Shown here: positions 49,774 to 61,300 of the stretch, one piece after another
Layout of the letters: each line of letters starts with the position of its first letter
How positions within the stretch are numbered: position 1 is the first letter of the stretch
From: Eukaryota sp. GEM-RC1
Taxonomy: Eukaryota
NCBI GenBank assembly: GCA_040285855.1
Contig: JAUFOQ010000017.1
Coordinates: 62,001 to 126,000, forward strand
Length of the DNA stretch: 64,000 bases
Direction: 5' to 3'
Notes under the pieces: generated by a model
Seen by the model: the letters and a program-made list of their open reading frames with translations, nothing else
The model's database searches: none
What the model was told of the DNA's origin: nothing
Position numbers and translations under genes: made by a program

Positions 49774-50322
49774 CTTGAAACCATAAGTTGACAGTCAAAG
49801 GCGATTGTAAAACTCACTGTATGATCTTGTTTAGTATCCTTCTTCTTAAGGAGACAATGTCTAGTCTAATGGATACTGTTTTCTCCCACAAAGATTCTAT
49901 AAAACACTGAAATATCAATAATTTCACTAACAATAACACATCAAAATATTGCAATTTATTGTTATTGTACATGCACCAACAATATGATTTTGTTATTGTT
50001 TATGTACCAACAATACCATATTGACATTGTACTTATTGCAATATATTTTTTCCAATCCCTGAGTCAGTGTAACTGTCAAATTATTTGACGGTTACACTTC
50101 TTAGTTAAATCTAACGTTAGTATAAAATATTTCATTTGTTAATATTGATGATAATCTGTATTTGTATGATTAAATAATAGGCGTTCTTTCATCTAATGGT
50201 CTGTGAAGTTCAAGTCATCATGAATGGAGGCCGTAATGTGGTGCTTCGGTAGAAAAGGGATGTGTGTGGAGAAGCTTTCTTTGAAAGTGTAAAGTATACA
50301 TTTCTTGGAAAATCCACAGTAA

Positions 50323-51572
50323 ATGCCTTCACAACAAAGAAAGAGACGTCTTCCCCTTGCTGATCAACTGACTAATGATAAGATCATTCTCAAACCTAAA
50401 AAGAAGACCAATGCAAAACAGCTTCTAGATTCTGAATCCGAAGATGATACACAAGAAATAATGTCTTCAAAACTGACTCAAAAGGTCATGAAGGAAGCTG
50501 ATGCTCAACGACAAGAGGATGCTCTTGATGACTTTGAAGAAGATCCCACACCTACCACCCCCTTTTCTGATCACTCTGATGATGATCGTAGTGTCCAATC
50601 TGATGAAGAGGTAAGTGACATTGAACTTGACATTGATGCTGAGGATGATGCTGCTCTTCAAGCTTTCTTTGGACGTGATCAAATTACTTCTCTCGATGAT
50701 CCTGCCTTTGGTGAAGAACCTTCCCGCTGTCTGTCTTCCATGATTCTAGACCGTATCCAACAACATGAACAACAGAAAACCCAAGCCACTGAATCCCTGG
50801 AAACCTGAAGTTGTTGAGGTTTTTAAAGGATTAGGTCAGTTTATGAAGCATTATCGTGCAGGGAAAGTCCCTAAACCGCTCAAAATGCTACCAATCCTCA
50901 AGAACTGGGAGGAAGTTCTCGACATTTCTGATCCCTTCTCGTGGACTCCTAATGGTATCGAACGATTGGTGAGGGTCATGATTGCCTCAATGAAAGCCAA
51001 AACTCTACAGAGATTCTTTGAGAATTACTTGTTACCAATAATTGTTGAAGATATTGATGTTAATAAGAAGCTAAATTATCACCTCTACCAAGCACTTAAG
51101 AAAGCCGTTTACAAGCCAGTGTCTTTTTTACAAGGGAATTATCCTACCGTTACTGGAATCACAATCAGTTTCTAATCGACAAGCTATGATTCTTGGAAGT
51201 ATAATCAAAAGGTCTCAATCCCAGTCACATATTCGGCAGTTGCCTTAATCAAAATGACTGAGATGGAATGGCATCCACCAGTTTCTTTTTTTCGTGAAAG
51301 TTTTACTAGACAAGAAGTATAACTTACCATCAAGTGTTGTGTCACGTGTTTCTCAGTGGTTTTTGAGCTTTACATCACATCATGAAGTCTTGCCGTTAGT
51401 TTGGCACCAGTGTTTATTAACTTTTGTTCAACGATATAGAAGAGATGTTAATATTGAAGAGAAACAGTTGATACTTGAATTAATTAAGGTTCAGCATCAC
51501 CCTGGTCTAGGCCCTTCTATTAGAAATGAGCTACTTAAAGCAGACGATATTGTTAATCAGCTGAATATCTAA
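50323..51572 (+). CDS. BYSL: Bystin/Enp1 (40S biogenesis); homopolymer frameshifts
   Basis: YRAGKVPKPLK..NWEEVL..P..WTP, KKLNYHLYQALKKAVYKP, LLDKKY.LP, LPLVWHQCLLTFVQRY. Confidence 0.93.
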
Positions 51573-51812
51573 GTTGTTGTTTAGTTTCTCGTAGTTTAGT
51601 TTTGTTCTTTTTAATGGTTGTTAATACAGTCTTTATCTTAATTAGTTTTTATCTCATTTAGTTTTTATGGGAAGGCTTGAGTTATTCCTTTTTGATTAAC
51701 TTGATTATTTGAAGCGTTTAAACTTAATACATTGTAGCAGGTGAATTGTGCAGTAGCGATGATCGAGAGTCCTAAAATGGAAAAAGGCAAAAGTTTATAA
51801 ATGCAATAAATA

Positions 51813-54800
51813 CTATGAAATTTGTCTAACCATAGACTTAAACACAGAGTCAGATTCCATCAATTCTGATGGGTTACCCTGCTCAAGAACTACACCATCT
51901 GATAGAACAACAACATTAGAATAATCCATGATACTACCCAATCTATGAGCAATAGTTATAATAGTCCGATCTGTAAAGATCTCTCGTAATAATTTTTGAA
52001 TTTTTGAATCAGTGTCATTATCGATTGAAGCAGTTGCTTCATCTAAAACTAAAACCTTAGTATCAGATAATAAAGCGCGGCAAAGGAAACTAATTGCCGT
52101 TGACCAGTGGAAAACGTGTCTTGTTTAGAGATGACGTAATCTAATTGTCCTGGAAGAGAAGAGATAAAAGTGTCTAATTCAACTTTTTTCAGGACATCCC
52201 AAATTTGTTCATCAGAGAACTTTGAGAAAATATCAATGTTATTTCTAATAGAATCTGTAAACAAAAAGGTATCTTGAGGTAAAACAAAGAGACTTTTCCT
52301 TAATTGACTGAGGGCAATCTCCCTAATGTCCAATCCATCAATGGTGACGTTTCCACTTTCCAATTCTACTAATCGGAGTAAAACGTTCAAAGTACTGGAC
52401 TTACCAGAACCAGTTCTTCCAACAATTGCCTGCATAGACTTAGGTTCAACAGTAAAATCTAATTTTTTCAAAACTAATGGCAAATCTTCACGATATCTCA
52501 TAGTCACATCATTGAAATCAACTCGACCTTCAGACGGCCAATCACCTTCCACAATTGCTCCATCGTCTTTTTCAGTAGGAATTCTAGAGAATTCAACAAT
52601 TCTATCAACAGAGTTGATTCCCTGTTCAACTTCAATAAATGCTCGAACAAGCCAAGTAAACCACCCCGAGATACTAAAAGAATAACTTAAAACCAGACCC
52701 ATTTGTGAACCAGTTAAATCAAATAGAACTGCCACGTATGCAATTCCAGACACAATTAAAGCAGAGAGAATGTCCAAGCGAAGGCCTAGCCATCTGTTAG
52801 CTGAGAAAACTGCAAAAGTAGCTGATGAGAGAGAATCTATTGTCGTTTGGTTTCGATTTTTCAAATATTTGCCAATATTTGAAGCTCTAATAACGGGTAA
52901 TCCTGCTAAAGTCTCAGCAAATGAAGAATAAAGAGGACTCCTAGTAACTGCTTCAAGACGTTTGAGTTCTCGTGAAGCTCTACGGTAGAAATGAAGGAAA
53001 TAAATGTAAAAAATTAAAATAACTGGCAAACTGAGAAGGAAGACGGGAAGAACAAGAGCAATGACAACAACAATACCAAACAAATGAAAAACTGTCATAA
53101 AGAATGAAGAAAGAGTAAGTAGAAAGGTTCGATCAAGAGAGTCAACATCCTTGGCAAACCTATTTAAGATCCTCCCCATAGGAGTTTCATCAAAGAAACT
53201 AAGTTTAGAAGAAAGAATTCTAGATAAAAGACCTTTGTGAAGGTTGGTAGAGGCAGCAATGCACGATCTGGCCAGTAAAAGAGATCTAACTAGAATAAAT
53301 AGAGTGGCAAGGACAGCAAAGAACAGATAAACGTTTAAGTAAGAGGAGGGGGTCGCGTCATCATCCGAAGTCCAGGCTGATAGAGTGAAATCAGCAGCTA
53401 CTTGGGAAAGTTGAGCAAGAGTAAAGAGAAATAGAATTAAAACAATAACGATAATTGAGCCCATTGATTTAAAAATATTGAAAATATACTCCCAAGTTTA
53501 CGGCACCACGAGTTCTTTCTTCTGATTTCACTAACTCTATTTTAACATTAGACTCTGAATGAACCATTGCTTTCTCAATGGCTTGGTCGGGACTATTGTC
53601 AGTAGTATGATCATCAGAGACATAGGTTTTGAATAATAAATTAAAAACAGAGGAATTGTCTTTTAAATATTCAAAATTTCCAGCTGATGAGATGCTACCA
53701 CTTTCCAATACAACAATTTGATCAAAACGTTGCAATAAAGCAACGTTATTTGTAGCAAAAACTAAAGTCTTTGAGTTAGATTGACACCAATCAACCAAAA
53801 GGTCAAAACTTCTTCTAGCCACGTGAGCATCAAGAGCTGCATACGTGTCGTCCATTACTAAAACATCAGGGTCACGATATAGAGCTCGAGCCATAGCAAC
53901 ACGTGCTTTTTGACCACCACTCAAAGTGATTCCATTACTTCCAATTTCGGTATGAATACCACTGGGAAAAAGTTCTAAATCATACTCGAGACAAGATATT
54001 TTTAATGAATTTTTTAAATGTTCATCACTAACATCAGGGGAACCTAAAGTAATATTTTCCAAAACAGTTCCAGCTATTAACCAAGGTTCTTGTGGTAGAA
54101 ACTGGAGATTCTTAGTGGTTATAGAAGCAATTCCCTTTAAAAGTTTCATTTCACCGAGAATTGCATTGACCAGTGAAGATTTTCCTTGACCAACGGAGGA
54201 AATAATTCCAAATAATTCGCCTTTTTTGACTGAAAAGTTGATATCCTTTAATAGAAACTTAGCATCGTCTTCAGAATCCCACTGGAAACTGGCGTTTTCT
54301 ACACGAATGACGTGATTATCAGACTCCTGACCTCGATGACCCTCATCAACTTCATCAGCAATCAAAAATGATTGAGCCCTTTCCATTGTGACTTTACCTT
54401 CAAGTAATCCAGTAATTACACGTGGTAAAACAGTTAGGGGGAATCTTAAAATATTTAAAAGTGAGATAGCCGGGAAAACAATATCTGCTGAAATCTTTTC
54501 ACTTGTAAAAGACAGAGTAGCAAAAGTCGAAATTCCAACTAAAACAGGGCCTACTGACATGAAAAAGGACATACATGCTCGCAAGTATGCTGCCTTAATT
54601 AAGATTCCAGTCTCAGTGATACGTGTGGAATTAATTTTATCATAAAACACGCTATCCCAACCACTTGATTTGATACTCTTTATAGAGCTCAGCATCTCAG
54701 AAGTTTTCTGAATTCTTTTATCTTTGGCATCAGTTGATTTTCTGTAATAGGCAACTGCCTTCTTTACTGATTTTACCCGTGATTGGCACCATTATAATCA

Positions 54801-55494
54801 TGATCCCTAATCCAGCAAAAGCGGCAACTCCAACTAACCTAAACAAGAGAACTAGTGAAACAATGATCTGAAGAGGAGCTGACCAAATGTTATGAAGGTA
54901 GGATAAGAGACCATTAAGTGCCTCAGCATCGGTAGACATAATATTCTGAACTTTTCCAGGAGGGAATTTCTTCCAAGCAGACGGGGAGAGGCGGAGGGAT
55001 TTAGTGTAGATGAGAGAGCAGAGACCAGCACGAGCAAGCATTGCAACTCTCATGACTGAGTGGAAGTACACATGTATGCAGAAGGAGGAAATGATGAGAG
55101 AAGCCATGAGGATGGCAGGAAGAATATAGCCGTAGTGATCAAATTGAGCAGAAGAAGGATCCTGGATGAAGAGAACAAGTTGTTGGAGGACCAATGGGGG
55201 GACAAAGAGCATGATGTCATGGATCACTTTGGGAACGGCAGCTCCCCAGAAACGTCGTCCTAAAGTTCCAGTGAAGGCTTTTCTGAGACGAGGTTTAGGA
55301 GACTTGAGTTGATTGTCCCAAGACTTTTGAAGTTTGTCACTTACATTGTCAATGCGATCAGTATCATGAAGATTAGGAAGATCAGATGGTTCAAGGCGAT
55401 CATCGGTGATACCTTTGGTCATGAGTGGGGAAATCCATGTAAAGAATAGCCGGGATATAAAGCCAGCATGAGCAAAGTCCTTTGCTTTGGTCAT
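51813..55494 (-). CDS. ABCC/MRP-family ABC transporter (TMD-NBD-TMD-NBD); frameshifts
   Basis: GQGKSS, LSGGQKAR, FFDETPMGRILNRFAKD, GRTGSGKS, FSTGQRQL, DEATAS, IAHRL. Confidence 0.93.
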
Positions 55495-55762
55495 GTGAAC
55501 GAAAAAGGAAGGCAACTCTTTGTGTTAGTCAATTGGCAATTAAAAGCTGTAAACACTTGTCAACACGCTGCTGTTGCATTCATTATGTTAAGATACATGT
55601 ACCTCCAAACATTGGTTCTGTAATCGGATAGTCTGTAATAGAAGGCCTTTCGTTCTTAATGAAGTTTCTGCGAGTTGCAATTGTTAGAACACTGGTCTAA
55701 AAAAACGGATTTATGTGCGGAGAAAAACACATAATAAGATAAGTACAAATAAATAAACACTA

Positions 55763-56110
55763 TTAAAACAAATTATCAAACGAACTACCTAATTCCGAAA
55801 AGTAGTTGCCTCCAAACAACTTGGACAAAATGGAATCAACATATCTATACATAGACCTAAAAATCGAAAAAGCAAATTTACTCTTCCAGTACGATCTGTT
55901 AAACTTCTTGCCAAATTCTGAACACAAATTTTCAAATAAACTTAAAAACTCCTTGGTAGAAGAACCGAAATTTCCGTACAATGAAACTGCAAAAGGCTGA
56001 AAGACGATATTATTGTGTCTTCGTGAATTGAATGCAGCAACTGGTCTAATGTTGTCCATAATTCAATTTTTGACGACTAAATGACTAAAAGTATCTTGTA
56101 TTGTGTCATG
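55763..56110 (-). mobile_element. RLE retroposon 3' fragment
   Basis: FQPFAVSLYGNFG..FL..W..KF.FSIFR, homologous to 57341-57897. Confidence 0.6.
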
Positions 56111-56192
56111 AAATTCTGAAGAAGTTCAATTGCGGTTACTGAAAACACAGACAAGCATTTTCGATTTTTAGGTTAACGTAGAGATACTTGTA

Positions 56193-56280
56193 CCGTCTAC
56201 CCTCATAGTGACACCCCAGCGGCAGTCACTATATAGAGGGTGTCACTATTCAGAAATGTCACTATTCAGAGGGTAGACTG
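56193..56280. mobile_element. 88-bp Tc1/mariner-type MITE
   Basis: TA|CCGTCTACCCTC..ATAGTGACA ... TGTCACTAT..GAGGGTAGACTG|TA. Confidence 0.7.
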
Positions 56281-56519
56281 TATGTTGCTTCCATTTTGGC
56301 CAAGTTATTTGATGAAAACTACAATATATTTATGTATTTTTTGGAATTGTGTACTTCATTTGATACTATCAAATGAAGTACAAATTGATAGTGTGTCTGA
56401 ATGTTTTCTGATTGTAATAATTCCCCTGTTGTGTAGTTGTCGCAACACATAATCTGCAGTCTGTAGTCATGTATAGATAATCGATCTGGCAAATTCGATT
56501 TTCTCCCCCACTCTCCCAA

Positions 56520-56762
56520 ATGACCATCTTCACTTGTCCAAGTTGCTCCACAGTACAGGATATGCCACTTAAAGCTCCCATCTCTCTACCGTATGTACTG
56601 TCTTTTTCCCTTCATCACAGTCCAACAGGCAAGGATTATGAATGGTGTGAAGGTAGTGAGTACACAAGTTGCCGGAACTGCAACAGTTCAATCGTTTATA
56701 GCTATAGAGCTTACTTGTCTGATGAGCCCACCCAGTTTTACAACTTCAAAGTATCAAAGTAA
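56520..56762 (+). CDS. Possible small zinc-ribbon protein
   Basis: 80-aa ORF with CPSC and CRNC pairs; short, no other support. Confidence 0.35.
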   Translation: MTIFTCPSCSTVQDMPLKAPISLPYVLSFSLHHSPTGKDYEWCEGSEYTSCRNCNSSIVYSYRAYLSDEPTQFYNFKVSK

Positions 56763-57051
56763 TTACCAACAAGGTTTCTGATTGTTAACCGAATATATTG
56801 TATATTAGATTAGGTTTTAATAGGTACACGGATTCGTTCTTGCAGCTTCAATGTGTTTGGAATCAATGAAATTGATTGGCTGTTTATGTCGATTAATCAC
56901 ACTTTTTTAAAAAATGCAAATGAGCAACATACTTTAAGCCGCAGAAACCGATACTGTAGTTCTGAAAGGTCGTCTGTTTCAAGCGGTTTTCGTTGGAGAT
57001 TTGTCCGTTTAACAAATTCTCCATAAAATCTCAACACTTTAGACCCTCAAC

Positions 57052-58332
57052 CAGGGGTTGGAAAAAATATTTCTCTTTAAATATTGAAATATTATTGCAT
57101 AAAATATTTATTTTTTCCATCACATATTCAAATATTTATTTTTTGTCCTGGCTGATTGCAGTATTTATTGTTCGTCATGATATTTATTGCAATATTTTTC
57201 TTGTTTCTACCAAATTGAAAAAAGTGTGAAACCATGTTCTCTACAATTACAGAAAATACATCTTCTTGTATCTCGTGCTGATTCTTACGGTCACTGAAGG
57301 TTTTTGTTTCTTCTCCTTGGTTATAGCAATGTTTCCATTATTAATCTTTATTCGGCACCCAATAAGGTAACCTTCCTACAAAACTATGAAATTGCAAAAA
57401 CAAATAGATAACACTAAGATTAAATCCATACGACTTCATCACCGGTAAATGATTACGTTTATCAACATTAACCTTCACACCAAACTTGAAGAATTTCTCA
57501 ATTAATCTAGATAAATAGAAGGGCATATTCCGATATATGGAAAACACTATACGGTTTTTCCGTTCAGCCATACTAAACTTACGCTTCTTTTCTTTACACA
57601 ATTCTTCGAAATCTTTGAATAATTGATCACCAGCAAGACTAATAGATCCAAAAGAGAAACAGCAAAAGGTTGAAACACAAATTTGGAATATGAGTTTCTA
57701 TTTAATTCTTCTACTTGAGAGTCATACTGGGAGTGTTTGAGCTTTTCAGCAGCTGTTAGCGGATTAAAAGAAGAATCTAATATCCTACTAACACAAGATT
57801 TGTTACAAACATCAACTGTAGTAAAATCCAATATTTTGTAGTATATGTGAAACGTACAATTTCTGAACTTTTTTCTGTTCCCTTTCGCATGACTTGAAAC
57901 CACAACACGTGGCATTGGTCTACTTCAAGCCCATGGATCCGCAGCCTGAATCAGTTCCAGCTGGCAATTTGCATGGCAATGTAAACACTGCACTTACAGC
58001 AACCCTTTCATCCTAAGAAGCATTCCAACTCCACCCCTGGAAAGGGGTGTACTACACCAACGCCCCCGTTGTTTCGGTTTTTTATACGATGTGATTCCAT
58101 AAAATATATTATGATAAGTACAAAAGTGTAGGTAAGGTATTTACTAATAAAGACTCTTTAGTCATACAATTCAAAGAAGAGTTGTGTCACATAAATATTT
58201 ATGGAATATTGCAATAATTGCAATATTTATTTATTAGTCAACTGTATTGCAATATTTATTGTTTGAACTGAACCTATTGAAATATTTATTGTTGGCCATG
58301 ATATTTATTTAAATATTTTTTTCCAACCCCTG
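57052..58332. mobile_element. hAT-type cargo-carrying element (inverted relative to 44619-45664) holding an RLE retroposon 3' fragment
   Basis: TIR CAGGGGTTGGAAAAAA; TSD CCCTCAAC (57044-57051, 58333-58340); cargo LDFTTVDVC..AAEKLK..Y..FQPFAVSL. Confidence 0.93.
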
Positions 58333-58375
58333 CCCTCAACTCAAACTTTGATCTGCAAACTTTTCGTTTTGCCTT

Positions 58376-61300
58376 ATGTCTGCTAACTGGGATTGGGACA
58401 AAACCCTCTATCCTGCTCATGTTTTGGAACTACTCCATCTATTTTCTGGTGATTGCTTCATTGATCATCTTCTTCCCTGCCCTCCAGTTGATCTTCACCT
58501 AGAGTACGATTCCTATGCTAATTGCATCGATTCTTACTGTGAGGGCTTTTTGCGACACTCTCTTGCCTTTCTCAATTCCAAAGGCGGGGTCTTTGTTGGC
58601 GGACTCTCTTTATGTGATGAACCCAATTCTATCCGCCTTTCTGGTGTTAAACTTACTCAATCAGGCAAGACAGAATTACAACTCAGACTTGTTCAACTTC
58701 TACAACAAGTCTCTTTCTTCTCCAATAACCAGAAGCTTCGTCGAAGTTCTCTGGTACTTGGAGAACACATTCACCTGGAGTTCATTCCGCTGAGGTCTCA
58801 ATCAGCTCAAAATTCTGACTCTGATGACGATGACCTCCAACTGTTGATGTCCTCCACCTCTCGATATTTGGTTGTGTCACGAGTGGTTGTACATAAGTCA
58901 TGTCCTGAACAATATTTGGTCTACCACAACAATATTTTTGAGCGGAATGGTGGAACCACCTCTATGAATCGTTTAAAACACGCGATCAACACAGCGAGTT
59001 ACGATTCACACTTCAAAACCACAGATGGTTCTATTGACTTCCCGAGAATTCTTCGGGAAAAACCTTTTCTAAACTTACCAATTCTCAACAGTCATATACT
59101 TTACCTATTCACTCAAAAACCAAAGATATTCTGTTTGCAATTAAAAATTTTCAAGTGACTGTTCTTAATGCTCCTACTGGTAGTGGAAAAAGCACACAGT
59201 GTGTTCTAAATATTTAAAATTTTACTAATTCCAGGCTTCCCAAAATCATTTTAGAAGACGCTGCCGCTTTAGATATTCCTTTGCCGTACATCTACATTGC
59301 CCAACAACGTCGTTATCCCTGTTTCTCCCTTTCAAAAGGGTTTTCGATGAGTATGGTCTTGCACTTCCCAGTTTGATTGGATATCACGTGGGTGGGAGAC
59401 CAAACTTTACCAGTGAAACTCGTGTCAAATACGTGACTAATGCTCTAATGGTTGGATTGTTGAAGAGAAAACTTAGTGATCCTGATAGAGATCATCCCAT
59501 GAATATTTTAATATTTGATGAAATTCATAATCGAGATTTAGAAGGGGACATTTGCTTGACTTTATGTAAATACCTTTTATCTCTTGATCCCACTGTAAGG
59601 ATTGTTCTAATGTCGGCAACACTACCTTCTGATGGATTTGAAAAGTTCTTCTCTGGTGTCGATAGTGGTAAATTTTTCAATATTCACCAAAAATTGAATT
59701 TTTACAGTATAGATCCTTCAAATTCATTAACTCATGTTAGTATTCCTGATAGACGTTTCCCAATCAAACGTTATTTCTTTGATGATATTCCAAGAGCTCC
59801 TGCTGTTTCTATTAAGCCAATGAGAAGACCAAATGATCGTGCTTTTATACCATCGGAAATTTCAAATTTCATTCCAAGAATTATTGAACTGTTAGTGAAT
59901 GGCCTGTTTGCAAGTGACCTGCAACATCCAAATCACGATCAATCAAATCGAAGAAGTCGAAATGTCCAAGGAATTTTAGTTTTTCTCTCTGCTCTCAATC
60001 GTATCATTGAAGTAAAAGAAGTCCTGGAAAAATTAAAATGTTCTTCTAAATTACAAATTTATCTTTTCCATTCAACGCTTCCTTCTGACGTCAACGACAA
60101 AGCGCTACTTCCTCTCAGCAAACGAAGTAGAAAAAAGAAAAAAGTCAAGATCATTCTGGCCACGAATATTGCTGAGTCATCAATGACTATTCCTGATATC
60201 AACATAGTCATTGACACGTGTACTCAAAAGGAAACTTGGTACGACTCTAGCTCAAAAGTAGACACTCTGATTGAGACCTACGCTTCCCGCCAACTTTTAG
60301 ATCAGCGGGAAGGAAGAATCGGTCGTGTGGGACCAGGTGTGTCTATCAAGCTAATTACCAGAGCTTTTTTCAATAGCTTATTTGAGGGAAAGTGTGCCGA
60401 TGACTCTACGGTCATCCTTTACTAGACTGTTGCTACAGTCTTTGAATATTTCAAATATTCGTCCTGATGAATTATTGGCAGCTTTACCTTCTCCTCCTGA
60501 TCTAAGTAAATTAAACTCAGGTTACGCGGAATTGGAAAGTGAAGGCATAATCAAAAGGGAAAGTGATCGGTATCAGCTCACTTCCTTAGGCAGGATTCTA
60601 ATCAAACTGCCTCTTTCCATTCCTGCAGCTAAACTGGCCTTCTATTCCTGTGTTCTAGGATTTGATGAATACGGTATCATTGCTGCCTGTCTTTGTGACC
60701 GCAAGTCCCCCATCAAAACTCCCTTGACTAACCCAGCGTTGGCTTGTAAGTCTTTGTTGAAGTTTTCTGGAGGAACTAGAAGTGATGTAGTGGCGGGGAT
60801 TAACAGTTACATATTCTGGCGGAAGAACGATAGGTTTATTGGGGATAATTACCCAAATGCTGCGGATTTGTTAGGAGAGGATCCGTATTTTTGTCGTTAT
60901 TTTCTCTCAATGACCTTCATGATACTATTCTGCAAACAAAGCTGGAACTTTCCTCTTTTGGACTTACTGTACCGCCTTTTAGGAAGGATTACATTCGCAA
61001 TCATGCAGTTGATTGCGAAGATGATAACGATGCCCGCCAATCAGATGACGATTCTGATGGTGAAATTGAGGATGAGGCTGTTAACTTTTTGGGGCTCAGT
61101 ATTGGTGATGTTGACGTTTCCTCACTGATTGAAACGTCAGTCAGTGGAGATTTAAACACTTCAGCTGACTCCAGAGATGTTACCGGCTACTGTTGAAAGT
61201 GGAAATTTTAAATATGGAAATCTATTAGACATCGATACGTGCTTGAGTAAGAACAATAGAACCAGGTTACAGGATTTTAATTATTTTGAGAATTTAGATT

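Larger units (their letters stand above)
45700..50315. repeat. Right arm of the inverted duplication
   Basis: Reverse complement of 29300-33780, with a 45-nt indel (~47905) and a 104-nt insertion (49484-49587). Confidence 0.95.

Noticed and set aside
29564..50061. A single giant transposon (Polinton/Starship-like) bounded by long TIRs
   Set aside because: The inverted homology extends ~260 bp beyond the hAT termini, there is no TSD, no integrase/polymerase/recombinase, and the interior is ordinary housekeeping genes
50181..50275. tRNA or Pol III RNA (TCTAATGGT ... GTTCAAGTC box-B-like)
   Set aside because: Spacing too short for a cloverleaf and no acceptor stem found; would need tRNAscan-SE/Infernal
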